Shown here one piece after another: positions 47,280 to 57,984 of a stretch of 64,000 nucleotides of DNA. A model generated the notes under the pieces. It had not been told where the DNA came from and searched no databases. It saw only the letters and a list, made by a program, of their open reading frames with translations. The translations under genes and the position numbers were made by a program. Positions within the stretch are counted from its first letter, which is position 1, and each line of letters opens with the position of its first letter. This DNA is from Alloascoidea hylecoeti (Eukaryota), in the NCBI GenBank assembly GCA_001600815.1, contig BCKZ01000002.1, positions 1,124,294 through 1,188,293 on the forward strand. The letters are read 5' to 3'.

Positions 47280-49523
47280 TTATACAAATGCATTAGTGAG
47301 TAAATTCAACTCTCTATTTAAATGAGATTCATCTTTCATTTCTAACAAGAGTTCAGTGATAAATTTGTTGGCTAAATTCCTTTTATCTTTTTCTATGTTA
47401 ATAGCTTTGCTAGAACGGAATCCTTTACTTTTGATAAATTTAAGAATTTCTTTTGAATTAGTTATCATTTCTGCGTCTATTTTCATAGTGGATTTTAATG
47501 AAGTAAGTTCTTTGAATGGTAAAAATAATGCGACGAGTTCTTCTTTGGACCATTTATCTCGATTTTTGATGAGGTATGAAGCAATTTCTACTATATTTTT
47601 TGTATAGGCAAAATCTGAATTTTGTAGAACTTTTCTCAAATATTGGAGCCCATCAGAGGCAGTATTGGCTTCTAAAAGATACCCAATCGAATCAGAACAT
47701 TCTTTACCACGTCCAGCAATTGATATTACTATTGGGAATATGTGTCTAAACTTAACAGAGAGATTTATCTCTTTTTGTAGCATTTTTAACGATTCAATAT
47801 TGCCATAGTATGCAGTAGAAATTAGGTATAACCCCAATGTATCTTTATCAGTGATCATAGAAATTAATGTTTCGAAGAACTCAATTTCCATAGATTTATC
47901 AAATGCTATACTTGATGTGAAAGAAAAGTCGACTGATTTGCTTTCATTAATGTTGTTTAAAGGTAACAACCTAAAAAGTGTCCGTAAGCATTCTGTTGAA
48001 AGTCGTTGATTTCCATTACTTTCTAGTAATTTCATTGCACCACTCAGGTTATCAAAATATACTAACCAGATTAGTGATGCTTCTAATGCCTGCTGGTTTA
48101 ATTTTTTTCGGCCTGTATTGTCGAGGATCCTTGTGATAAGGCCAAATAATTCTGAAGACCGAGTTAGACTTCCGACTTTATTTTTCACTGCCTTTTCAAA
48201 TACTGTACCCTTTTGATTTGAAGAACATAATTTATTAATAAACCCAAGTTGATTATCCTCATATATCTGTTTACGAACTTTTGGTTGACATTTATCTGTG
48301 ATTTCCAGTAAGCCTTCCAGTTCTAGCTCTGTTTTCGTACAAAAGTTCAATAAGATAGACACAATTTTGGGTGTACAATTCGTTGATATACATCGTGTTA
48401 TAACATTGACATAATCTTTAGGCGTTTTCCCGCTAATATATTTTGCAGAATTTTCTGTCAGCGCTTTATTCACTGCGTTAAGGTATGTTTCTATTGATAT
48501 AATCGATGGAGATATACCTTTATTTACAAACAAAGGTATGAACATTCTAGCTTGGTCAATATTCCCAATTTCAGAACAACATCTGATTAATTTATCAAGA
48601 AGTAGAGCGCCTTCAACCTTATCAGGGAGATTATTCATGGGTTGTGTTGTGCCTTGTAATAAATCTCCTAGATCAGAGCTAATTAAATACTGTGAAATTA
48701 ATTGTACAGTTTCAGGTGTTAATTCAAGTTCAGTACAACCAAGTATAGTATTTAGCCAAGCTTCGTACGAGAAAGATCCGTTTAGACTTGGAATCCCTCT
48801 AAGAATGTCCACTAAACCAAAAAGTGATTTTAATGATTTGTGATTTTTAATATAATTTGCTGCGATGTATTGTATCATAGGTGATATTTTATTTATATGT
48901 TGTTTGACACCGGTTGAAAATCTAGATAATGATTGTTTTTCTCTAGTTAATCTGTGAACTTCCATCGCATTGCTTGATCGGAGGTCATGGATAGTGATCC
49001 CTATTATTTTGAAAAAAAGTTGTTGGAGTTGTACTTGTGTAACATTGGGGTCAGATAGGGTCTCATCAATCAATCGCTGCGAAATTTTATCAAGTTCCTC
49101 TGGTTTATATGATTCTTGTACTCTTGTTATGGGATATAACGGAGACGTTTTCTGTGAAATATCCCTTAAAAACTGTAAAGCTTCACCAGTATCATGGAAA
49201 GCCGATAATTTGGTAAATTTAGGTGTCAGGATGCTTTCTAAGACAATTGAATCATTAATACGTATCAGCGGTTTACTCCTTAGCATGTAATCATCTTGAG
49301 CAGTATTCTTCTTATTCCCAGGCTGTAATTGCTGTCTACCTCTGTTTCCAAACCGGAATTCTGGTTTCGAGATATTTATGGGATCGACAGTTGTGGATGT
49401 AGTTGTAGTTGTAGAAGTGCGAACGTGGTTTGAAAAGTGGGTAGAAGCCAAACGAACCCCAGCGATTCCAGCAGTAACCGAAGAAGGTCCCTTGGATCGC
49501 GGAGTAGCAATATATCGTCTCAT
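47280..49523 (-). CDS. Probable mitochondrial helical-repeat (PPR-like) protein
   Basis: Arg/Ser-rich, acid-free N-terminus like a presequence; PPR-like segment (LIRCCSEIGNIDQARMFIPLFVNKGISP); Puf3-type TGTATATA in the 3' region at 47153-47160. Confidence 0.6.
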   Translation of the reverse strand: MRRYIATPRSKGPSSVTAGIAGVRLASTHFSNHVRTSTTTTTSTTVDPINISKPEFRFGNRGRQQLQPGNKKNTAQDDYMLRSKPLIRINDSIVLESILTPKFTKLSAFHDTGEALQFLRDISQKTSPLYPITRVQESYKPEELDKISQRLIDETLSDPNVTQVQLQQLFFKIIGITIHDLRSSNAMEVHRLTREKQSLSRFSTGVKQHINKISPMIQYIAANYIKNHKSLKSLFGLVDILRGIPSLNGSFSYEAWLNTILGCTELELTPETVQLISQYLISSDLGDLLQGTTQPMNNLPDKVEGALLLDKLIRCCSEIGNIDQARMFIPLFVNKGISPSIISIETYLNAVNKALTENSAKYISGKTPKDYVNVITRCISTNCTPKIVSILLNFCTKTELELEGLLEITDKCQPKVRKQIYEDNQLGFINKLCSSNQKGTVFEKAVKNKVGSLTRSSELFGLITRILDNTGRKKLNQQALEASLIWLVYFDNLSGAMKLLESNGNQRLSTECLRTLFRLLPLNNINESKSVDFSFTSSIAFDKSMEIEFFETLISMITDKDTLGLYLISTAYYGNIESLKMLQKEINLSVKFRHIFPIVISIAGRGKECSDSIGYLLEANTASDGLQYLRKVLQNSDFAYTKNIVEIASYLIKNRDKWSKEELVALFLPFKELTSLKSTMKIDAEMITNSKEILKFIKSKGFRSSKAINIEKDKRNLANKFITELLLEMKDESHLNRELNLLTNAFV

Positions 49524-49580
49524 AGGTCCATATATAGAGATGTGAATAGATTTGAATATTCAATTTTTCAGTCTTGTTGG

Positions 49581-49646
49581 GTTACCCGGTGTCAACGAAT
49601 CCCTTTTCCCGGGTAACTCGCATCTTGAAGAAAAAACAGCCAATCA
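49581..49646. promoter_or_regulatory. Bidirectional promoter with two inverted Reb1-type sites and a CCAAT box
   Basis: GTTACCCGG at 49581-49589, CCGGGTAAC at 49609-49617 and AGCCAATCA near 49638-49646, between two divergent mitochondrial-protein genes. Confidence 0.65.
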
Positions 49647-49700
49647 TAAAGTATATTATCTTCTAAAACTCACTTAACAAATCAATAGATTTCATCAAAA

Positions 49701-50020
49701 ATGGAAGAAAAGGCACCAATATACTTCAAAACCCCCATCCGTGTATGTTACTTGCTAGAATGTTTGAATTGGTTAAGAAATTCTTGTCTCTGAACTATTT
49801 TAACAATTTTTTTTTTCATATATAGTGGATGAGATATCATGCTCATACTCGACCTCACTTATTCTTTCCGGTAGTCATTGCTTTAGCAAGTCCTTTGCTT
49901 TTAGGAGTATTTACACCAGACAGAAAGAGACGTTGGATAGGAGAAGATGCTCCTCTTCTTCCAGAAACTTACCCAATACCAAACCGCAAAAGAGAGCAGC
50001 TAACAGGCTACGATGATTAA
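49701..50020 (+). CDS. NADH:ubiquinone oxidoreductase 9.5-kDa accessory subunit (NI9M-like, 78 aa); exons 49701-49742 and 49826-50020
   Basis: Spliced product MEEKAPIYFKTPIRWMRYHAHTRPHLFF...PETYPIPNRKREQLTGYDD. Intron 49743-49825 is GTATGT...TTTAAC...TAG. Confidence 0.85.
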
Positions 50021-50304
50021 ACAGCATTTCTACCAAAAACATAAAGCATCGATGATGAGAAGGGATATATATTACTTGTTACACTATCCAATTAGCATAT
50101 ATTTTATTAAATATTCATTTTTATTATGATCATAATTTGGGTACGCATCTAATATACTTCACACTTAATATAATAAATGCAGTAAAAGTAGCTTATAAAA
50201 CATGAATAAGTATAAAGGTTCTATTGTTCTATATACAGAGAGACACTTTTTCAGGTCTAGTCTTTACAACAGCAAACATAAGTTTATCTTTAAGTTTTGT
50301 TTAT

Positions 50305-51219
50305 TTACCATCGATAGTAACCAGGTGCTTTGTAACGAATAGGAGTTGATGGTAAATGTACTTTTACCTTCCTCTTAGCGAGTCGAGCTTTGTTTTCATA
50401 CTCAAGTCGCTTTTTGGTCACAATTGACTTTAAAATAACACGAACATGAACCTCTCTCATGGTAATAATCCCCACTCTGCCTCTTGCCTTAAAATCGGGC
50501 TTCTTTTGAATGCTTCCATCAGATCCAGTCCATATTTGAGCAATATAAAGGTCCTTTGGATCCATCCCTAACTTTTTAGCATCCTCTTTACCTCTAGTTA
50601 ACATTTCACCAACCTCTCTTGTAATTCTCCTTTGTCCAAAATGACATTGTGTAATAGCGTTATCAAGATCAAGCCCACGTAAATGTCTAGTTGCAACCAT
50701 GGCTTTCTTCGTACTACCTTTAATTCTGTATGATTTGAGATACATTGAAGGTTCTATTGCCTCTATTTCCTTTTTGGTCAAGTAAAATTTGTATCTTGAA
50801 CCATTATACTCCACTTCACTATTGTTGACAAAGTATCCATTTTTGGCTACATTAGCTTTATATAGAGCTCCTTTCAATGGTGAAAAGTATTGAATACCAG
50901 ATCTTGGAGTAGGGTTGACGAATCTCTGTAATAATTTATCATTTTTGGTAGTGATATCCTTTGGATCAATATTAGCATCAGTAGCATTCGCTGTGTCAGT
51001 AGTTGACACATCGGTCTGCAATTCTGTGTTTAAATCTTCGGTATGTTGTATAGTTGGAACCTCTGGTTTTTTGAACCTATTGAAAATCGAATTTGCTGGT
51101 GATTGATTGTGAAATTCTCGAAGACCATAGCTAATATTAGATAGCTTAATACCAGGATTCTGATATTTTAATAAGCCTGACCGCACGGGCGTAACAAATC
51201 TAACAAATGAAGCCATCAT
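50305..51219 (-). CDS. MRPL22: Mitochondrial ribosomal protein uL22m
   Basis: LTKKEIEAIEPSMYLKSYRIKGSTKKA...AITQCHF...LYIAQIW...DFKARGRVG; presequence-like N-terminus. Confidence 0.92.
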   Translation of the reverse strand: MMASFVRFVTPVRSGLLKYQNPGIKLSNISYGLREFHNQSPANSIFNRFKKPEVPTIQHTEDLNTELQTDVSTTDTANATDANIDPKDITTKNDKLLQRFVNPTPRSGIQYFSPLKGALYKANVAKNGYFVNNSEVEYNGSRYKFYLTKKEIEAIEPSMYLKSYRIKGSTKKAMVATRHLRGLDLDNAITQCHFGQRRITREVGEMLTRGKEDAKKLGMDPKDLYIAQIWTGSDGSIQKKPDFKARGRVGIITMREVHVRVILKSIVTKKRLEYENKARLAKRKVKVHLPSTPIRYKAPGYYRW

Positions 51220-51601
51220 TTGCGAATAAGAATCAAGACTATTTCAGCAAAAAGTGGTTGAAAATTACAACAACATCACGTGTGTATCCCGTAACTATTT
51301 CTGAATGGCTTCCGGGAGAATCAGTCCTCATTTTATCAATGAAATGGATTAAAAGTGTAGCTAACTTTGAAAGATTTTTTTACTGGATGATACCTTATAC
51401 TCTTTAATTCGCTGGCTAATTCAGACCTAAATTTCAATTTCAAAAAAATCCCATATAATTTTTGAGTTGTTGCGTTTCGGTTACAATTAGTGTTTTTGAT
51501 GAGGACTAAAACATTAATTAATTATGACTTCATTCTCTATCTTACAATTTCCAAATTTTTCAATTTTACAGCTCATCGGTTAATCATAACTTCTGTTTAC
51601 T

Positions 51602-52089
51602 ATGGGTCGGCTGTATACAACATATCTGGAATCTAATGACGAAGAGACAACTATTTTTGGCTGCAAAAAATGTTTGACACATTTATCACTAAGCACCTCT
51701 ATAACACCAGACGTAAGTGGAAATTACTATAGACAACTTTTTGTCTACAGAATATTAATACAATAAACTAATCTGCTTTCGGATATTAGACATTTCGTGG
51801 TCGATATGGTGCAGCTTTTCTGGTCAGTAAAGTGTAAGTTTACTTCCCCTTTTATATATAGAATTATTCATGGGCCTTAGTAACCTTTCTTTAATTTAGT
51901 ATTAATGTCGAAGAAGGCAAACTAGAGGCTAAAAGTATGGTTACTGGACATTATAAAATAAGGGATATTAAATGTCCGCAATGTGAAACTATAGTTGGTT
52001 GGAAATTTATTGAAGCTATGACTGAAGAAGAAAAGTACAAAGAAGGAAAGTATGTTCTTGAATCAACATTAATAGGTCCTGTCAAATGA
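51602..52089 (+). CDS. Yippee/Moh1-family zinc-binding protein (114 aa); exons 51602-51712, 51790-51833, 51900-52089
   Basis: Spliced product MGRLYTTYL...FGCKKCLTHL...FRGRYGAAFL...VINV...MVTGHYKIRDIKCPQCETIVGWKF...KYKEGKYVLE. Two GTAAGT...TAG introns. Absent from the ORF track. Confidence 0.9.
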
Positions 52090-52864
52090 ACTAAGAACAC
52101 AAAACTTCAAATTTAAATTTGAACCGATTACAATATTAATAGTATACAATTACTAAATATACGAAAACCACAGTTTGTTATTGAAAAAAAGAGAAAACTT
52201 TAAAGATTATACTTATTCATGATCATGATCATGATCACAGTAAGGGGTATAACCTTCAATTATAACTAATTATAAATTTAATATGAACTTATTGTTACAT
52301 TTATAAATACATAAATTAATTACTTTAAATTTACTATGATATATGAATATAGGCCAATATATCTCTAGCTGCATTTACTAATATAGTACCACATCAACTC
52401 TGTCACAAAACAGTTACTTTGTATTAAATTGTGCAGCTATAAGTATTTATAGGAACTAAAACAATCTTCATTTTTCTTCATACGTTTCATAGTGTTAAGT
52501 CTAAGATCAAAATCCCAAGGTTCCCCGTAACCGTTATCATTGAATATGATTAGACAACTCCTGAAACTTGATGGTATTTTCCCCTGTGAGTTCACTAAAA
52601 TTAAGTCTGGCCAACATTCAAACAGATCTATATACATGTACGTATAAGTATATGATTACGATATAGTTATTTGGTATATTTGTGAATATCTATGTTGACA
52701 AGTTGTATCCGTTCGTTGTTCATTATATAATAATCTTTAGCAACATGCGTATATACTATATGGGCTTCGACATTATATATTGATAGCATTTGAAACAACT
52801 TAAAAAAGAAACAAAGAAAAATTACATTAAAATAAGAACAAAAACTAGTATAAACAAACACAAA

Positions 52865-52908
52865 CATATATATATATATATAGAAAGAAAGAAAGAAAGA
52901 AAGAAAGA
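52865..52908 (+). repeat. Compound (TA)n(GAAA)n microsatellite
   Basis: Seen directly. Confidence 0.9.
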
Positions 52909-53170
52909 ACTTTAAATTTGATTTGAGGTGTTAACAAAACGTCGTTGAAATTATCACGAATACTAGTCAAAATAAGAGAGATCAGTGTTAATTATTATAT
53001 AAAGATGAACTTGAAAATAAAAAATAAAAAACTATTAACAGCATATTAATTAAAATTGAAGTATTGGTAAGCATTGAATATAATAAAATATTGTATAGCT
53101 CACAGTATTTTTTATATTCAGTAATTATAAGTTTGAGTATACTCTCAAAGTTTTTATTTGTTCAGGAAAG

Positions 53171-55783
53171 TTAATTATCATAGCCGGTCATTGTATCGCT
53201 TCTAGTTAACAGCTGACTTCTTGAACTTCTTGAACTCCTCGAGGTGTTACTAGACCTTGTGCTTGTGGAATTTGTGGTGTTACTCCGTTCTACATTAGCT
53301 TTGGACTGGTATAGTGAACCGGATCTTGAGAATCTTGAAACTGAATTTTGACGATCAAAGTAATCTTCTAACTCACTGGTGGACATAGAAGCAAGAGAAG
53401 GATGATTACTGTAAATGCAAACATTGCCAGATGCACTGTTTAGTGAAACTAAAGAAATGCATTTACCTTCTCTGGCTTCCGCATGCAAATCAACTGATGA
53501 CCTATCAGAGTTTAAAAAAGGATTGGATTTGTTAGTGCATGGTTTTATTGGAGGGCCAATTGAAATATTAATATCTTCAGAATCAGCCGGTATGTCAAGA
53601 TCTTGACTTGGCTTTTCAGTTAGATTAGATAGCCTTCCAAGTAGTTGCTTGTTAGTATTTACCTTTCCCTTATTTGACCTTTTACTATACGTAGACAGTC
53701 CATCTTCATCAATTTCAAATAAAGTCTCGAATGCACCGGGGACAAAAGCTGGAATATCCATATTTTCAAGCTCTTCATCCAAACTATCACTGTCCTCATC
53801 ATCATCTCTATTGTAATATGAATCTATTCCTCCGGAATTTATTGAATGATATGAATTTCTAGCATCGGGTAATTCAGAAATATCACCAATTCCAATCGAA
53901 ACATTATCTCGTGAATAATAATTGTTTGATGGGATACCTTCATCTCTAGAATCAGAACTAGATGACATCTTAGTTCGGGATTCATTTCGGAAAATACTAA
54001 GATCTGATAATCCTTTTGATTTTCTTAATGGATTACTATCTCTAGATTTCTGTAGATATACCATAGGTGGTGGAGGAGGCGCTTTCCTTTTAATTGTTGG
54101 TATAATTGCTTGACGTGAAGTAATTTTTGAAGAATCAACACTACCAATGCTATTCTTAGCGGTATGAGTAAGTTGGTCAGTATTAGTATTTGATAAAGCT
54201 TTCAAGTTAAGCCATGAACCCACCATGGAAGCCAATGAACGATTTTGACCTGCACCTTCACCTGCTAAGGAAAAACTTCGTAATTCCTTATCTCCTAGGC
54301 CTGCGCCCTTATTATCACCAGAATGTTTAATAATTGGTATTATAGTTACGATACCATCATTGTTACGTTTTCCTTTTTTCCCGTAGATAATGACAAGCGC
54401 TACCAAAAGTACACCACCACAAACTGAACCAACTGCAGCTCCACTTTTCTCGGCTGTAGACAGACCTCCAGAACCCGATCCTGCATCTGATCCAGAGGAG
54501 GATGTTGCAGCAGCGGAAGACGTAGTAGTACCAGTCCCAGTATCAGTTGTAGAAGTAGCTTCACCTCCTAACTGAGATGTATAATAATTATAATCTGTTG
54601 TTCGAGTAGTCAACTCATCAGTGACTGAGACCGTATTTTGTCTTGTCCTAGTAACGATAGTGGTTGTAAAGGTATTCCTTGATGCAGTGATCACCCATAC
54701 TGCAGTATCTCCAGCCTCAGTAATATGAGTATTCATCGTAGAATCTACTTTGCCACTTTCAGTCTGTTCATACTCACCACCATCACTAGTGTCCGATATA
54801 AACCCGCTAGAGGTATAGTCACTGCTCGAATGAATATGATGGAGATGGGAAATATATGATGATATTGTTTGATATTGTGAAGAATCTGAAAATTTAATTG
54901 AACTGGGTTTTTCTGACCAGAATATCTGAGGTGCAGAGGTTATTACCACATTAGGATAGTTTTCAACTGACGAAGTCGATGATAAAGCAGCAGACGTGGA
55001 AATTGAATTAGTTGATGACAATCGTGACACATCTACAGAAGAAGAGGGTCCCACATGCTCAGAGCTTTCAGATAGTAATGCAGAATGTATACTGGATGAT
55101 GCATGAGAACCTGAAGATGGGTAAGCAGAATATGAGGATTGTGATGCATCTGAAGATGAACGTGTATTTGATGATATTTGTGATCTTAAACCTGATGAGG
55201 TAGAATATGAGAGTTGAGATCCGCCAGAAGATAAACGTTCATTCGATGATATTTGTGATTCAAGGCTCGAAGAAGAAAATGTTGAAGATGAAAGTTGGAA
55301 AGAAGAGGTTGGATATGAGATTTGAGATTGCACTGAAGATATCTGAGACGAAGCTTGAGAAGTAGACGATAAGATACTAGAAGAAGACAGAGCTGGCAAT
55401 GAAGCAACTGACGAAACATATGATGAAGAAGTTTGAGACAAAGATGAGACTCCCAAAACGGATATAGTTGGAGCTGATGCCGCAATACTTGGCGATGTTG
55501 GAGAAGATGATATTAATGCTGAAACTGTCGCTAATGATAAAATAGATGAGAAAGAGGATGATTGTGTTGAAAATATCGGATAATAAGGACTTAATTTTAG
55601 TGATAAATGTTGTACTTCAGAGGACGATTCTCCATAGCTAAAATAATTAGAAGGCGTAACAGTTGAAAATTGACTGTCACAAACAGAAGCTGAACATGAA
55701 CTTATAGAAGAACCTATACTCCCTGTTGATTGATATATTGACGATGATATACTAGAATTATTAGCCAGTTGGCTGGAGATCAT
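53171..55783 (-). CDS. Ser/Thr-rich single-pass membrane protein (mucin/sensor-like; Fus1/Prm5/Mid2-type architecture)
   Basis: About 440-aa Ser/Thr-rich N-terminal region; GLSTAEKSGAAVGSVCGGVLLVALVIIYGKKGKR TM with basic stop-transfer; long cytosolic tail with RKAPPPPP. Confidence 0.75.
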   Translation of the reverse strand: MISSQLANNSSISSSIYQSTGSIGSSISSCSASVCDSQFSTVTPSNYFSYGESSSEVQHLSLKLSPYYPIFSTQSSSFSSILSLATVSALISSSPTSPSIAASAPTISVLGVSSLSQTSSSYVSSVASLPALSSSSILSSTSQASSQISSVQSQISYPTSSFQLSSSTFSSSSLESQISSNERLSSGGSQLSYSTSSGLRSQISSNTRSSSDASQSSYSAYPSSGSHASSSIHSALLSESSEHVGPSSSVDVSRLSSTNSISTSAALSSTSSVENYPNVVITSAPQIFWSEKPSSIKFSDSSQYQTISSYISHLHHIHSSSDYTSSGFISDTSDGGEYEQTESGKVDSTMNTHITEAGDTAVWVITASRNTFTTTIVTRTRQNTVSVTDELTTRTTDYNYYTSQLGGEATSTTDTGTGTTTSSAAATSSSGSDAGSGSGGLSTAEKSGAAVGSVCGGVLLVALVIIYGKKGKRNNDGIVTIIPIIKHSGDNKGAGLGDKELRSFSLAGEGAGQNRSLASMVGSWLNLKALSNTNTDQLTHTAKNSIGSVDSSKITSRQAIIPTIKRKAPPPPPMVYLQKSRDSNPLRKSKGLSDLSIFRNESRTKMSSSSDSRDEGIPSNNYYSRDNVSIGIGDISELPDARNSYHSINSGGIDSYYNRDDDEDSDSLDEELENMDIPAFVPGAFETLFEIDEDGLSTYSKRSNKGKVNTNKQLLGRLSNLTEKPSQDLDIPADSEDINISIGPPIKPCTNKSNPFLNSDRSSVDLHAEAREGKCISLVSLNSASGNVCIYSNHPSLASMSTSELEDYFDRQNSVSRFSRSGSLYQSKANVERSNTTNSTSTRSSNTSRSSRSSRSQLLTRSDTMTGYDN

Positions 55784-56469
55784 ATTTAACTTTAGTTCTT
55801 AATATTGTTATAAATGGTTTTGGCACTTTAGATTTGAATTTAATGTTATTCAATCAATAAATCGAATAAAAGTCCAAAATATTATAACGAAATAGTCGAT
55901 TTCAAGAACTGAAACTTTTTCTGGTTTTGTTGGTTTGAGATTAAAAGCGGCTGTAACTTTATTAGGCGGATTCTAGATTTCCTCCTAGACTCTTTTTTTG
56001 AAGGTATATAATATAAATGAGTGACAGAAGTAAGTTAAAAGGAGTTTGTCAAGTTCGCAAAAAGCGAATGATAAGTAAATGGCTATTCACAAATTTACTA
56101 GTAATAATGAAGGAGAAAGTCTAGAGTTGAAGAAGAGAAAACGAATTGGAAGGAGTAAAATACTGGATATCGAATGGTGTGTATAATTATCAACTGCAGA
56201 AATGTAATACAGATCTAGAAGGGCTTATTTAGTTCCAAGGCACGTACATATCTTCTAAATAATATGACTATTGAAGTATATCTAAACAGCGTTGTTAATG
56301 TAATGATGATTCTAAATTTAAGCTAATTATAATGTTTGCAATTGGTGTTATAATTATGCCTCATCCTCCAATATTGATACAATTGAATCAACCTTGAGGG
56401 ATCATAAAAATAGACGCTACATGGTACTTAGCTTATCATACCGAAGTCAAATTCTGGGATTTTCCTGTT

Positions 56470-56509
56470 TGAAACACTCTGACATGGAGGGTGAATCTCG
56501 TATGTTTCA
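56470..56509. promoter_or_regulatory. Pair of Ste12-type pheromone response elements
   Basis: TGAAACA at 56470-56476 and TGTTTCA at 56503-56509; near-match TGAAACC at about 56579. Confidence 0.35.
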
Positions 56510-57191
56510 CAACCCTATTCAGAATACTAAATACAACATGCAGTTTTCCCATTGGTTGTCAAATACCCTAGCCGGGGCTGAAACCATGTCTGAAAAATTA
56601 TGAGGGTAATTGCTTTATTCGCCTAAGCTTTCTAAGCCCATATTTATATGTTAAATTCGACCTGAGGGTAATATTAATCAGTGGGCGATAAACTTATGAT
56701 TTACCACAACATGTTGCATAATATGTACATAAACAGAAAACGGCATAATTATATGGAACATCAAAATAAAGGTCTGTATGTCTCAGTTTGTAAGCTTGAA
56801 TTGCCGATAATCGTGGACATCAGCCATTTTAGTGAGCTGTAAGTATCAATTAGATACACGCTGATTCTCCTTTTGCTCACCACAGTTTAATTTTGTTTTA
56901 TAGAAATTGATGATTATAATTATTATATGGGAGCTTCTGCAGGTTTGCATATAATAATTGAAAACTACAATTATATAATATTAACAAATAGTACTATAGT
57001 AGTATAGTGTATATTAGAGCCATAACATTTTTAATTTTACTATATAGAATAGAATAGCATTTTTCATTAATCAACAGTATACTAGCATACGAATGAATCA
57101 TTGTATTTGCGTATAGTTGCTCATTACTCAGCTTGCCCCATTCAAGAATATTATAATATGTTGCATGCATATGTCTTCATAATTCTAATTA

Positions 57192-57367
57192 CATTTTTTC
57201 CACTCTAAATTCGCTTTTTTGTAGAGAAGATTTCGCCACAACTCCCCACTGACTGCATGGCCTGCGCTGAAGATAGAGGAGTTTACTAAGCTACCCCGGT
57301 TTAAGCCCCGTATTACGGAGTGGCGAAATCCACCCTACAAAATAGTGAATTCAGAGCGGAAAAACTG
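57192..57367. mobile_element. Degenerate MITE-like element with about 49-bp imperfect terminal inverted repeats
   Basis: 57191-57239 versus the reverse complement of 57320-57368 matches at 41 of 49 positions by hand alignment. Ends are CA(G/T)T...ACTG with TA on the left. Confidence 0.6.
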
Positions 57368-57823
57368 TCACTAAATATAATATAATATTAATTATAATTT
57401 TAATGTAGTATATTTCATTTTCTGGATATTTATATATGAAATAGATATATCAAATAGAGAATCCAAGTTATCATATCAATTTCTTGCAATTGGAACTCAA
57501 GTTTGACTATATATGATCGATCTTATAATCATTTTCATACCTAAAAGATACTGACAGCTAGTATATTTATATACTATATAGTATACGTATACTTTCTTGA
57601 CCCGATTTATTCTCAGCATATATATTTCTACATTACTATGCATACAACTATCATTTATTAGATGTATAATATTACATAACTATAGGGTGTGAGTTGAATG
57701 GCAGCCGTTCGCTTAGAAAATCATTTCTGCTGAGTGAGATCGATCTATAGCTATAAGAAAACTACCTAATTCTCTTGTTTCTCATCTAAGATGAGTATCG
57801 ATATCTTTTATATAGGAAATATA

Positions 57824-57984
57824 CCGTAGTAGAAGACCACTTGTGCAAACTACCTCTTAACTATGTTAAAGTTTTAATGCCTCGTTTTAAGCCAATCAAT
57901 TTTTGACCCCGATGACCGATACCCCTTAGCGCCAATACTTTTCATAGTTAAGAGGTAGTTTGCACAAGTGGTCTTCTACTACGG
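57824..57984. mobile_element. MITE-like element with perfect 43-bp inverted repeat
   Basis: 57823-57865 (ACCGTAGTAGAAGACCACTTGTGCAAACTACCTCTTAACTATG) is the exact reverse complement of 57943-57985, with a 77-bp spacer. TA|CCGT on the left. Confidence 0.75.
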
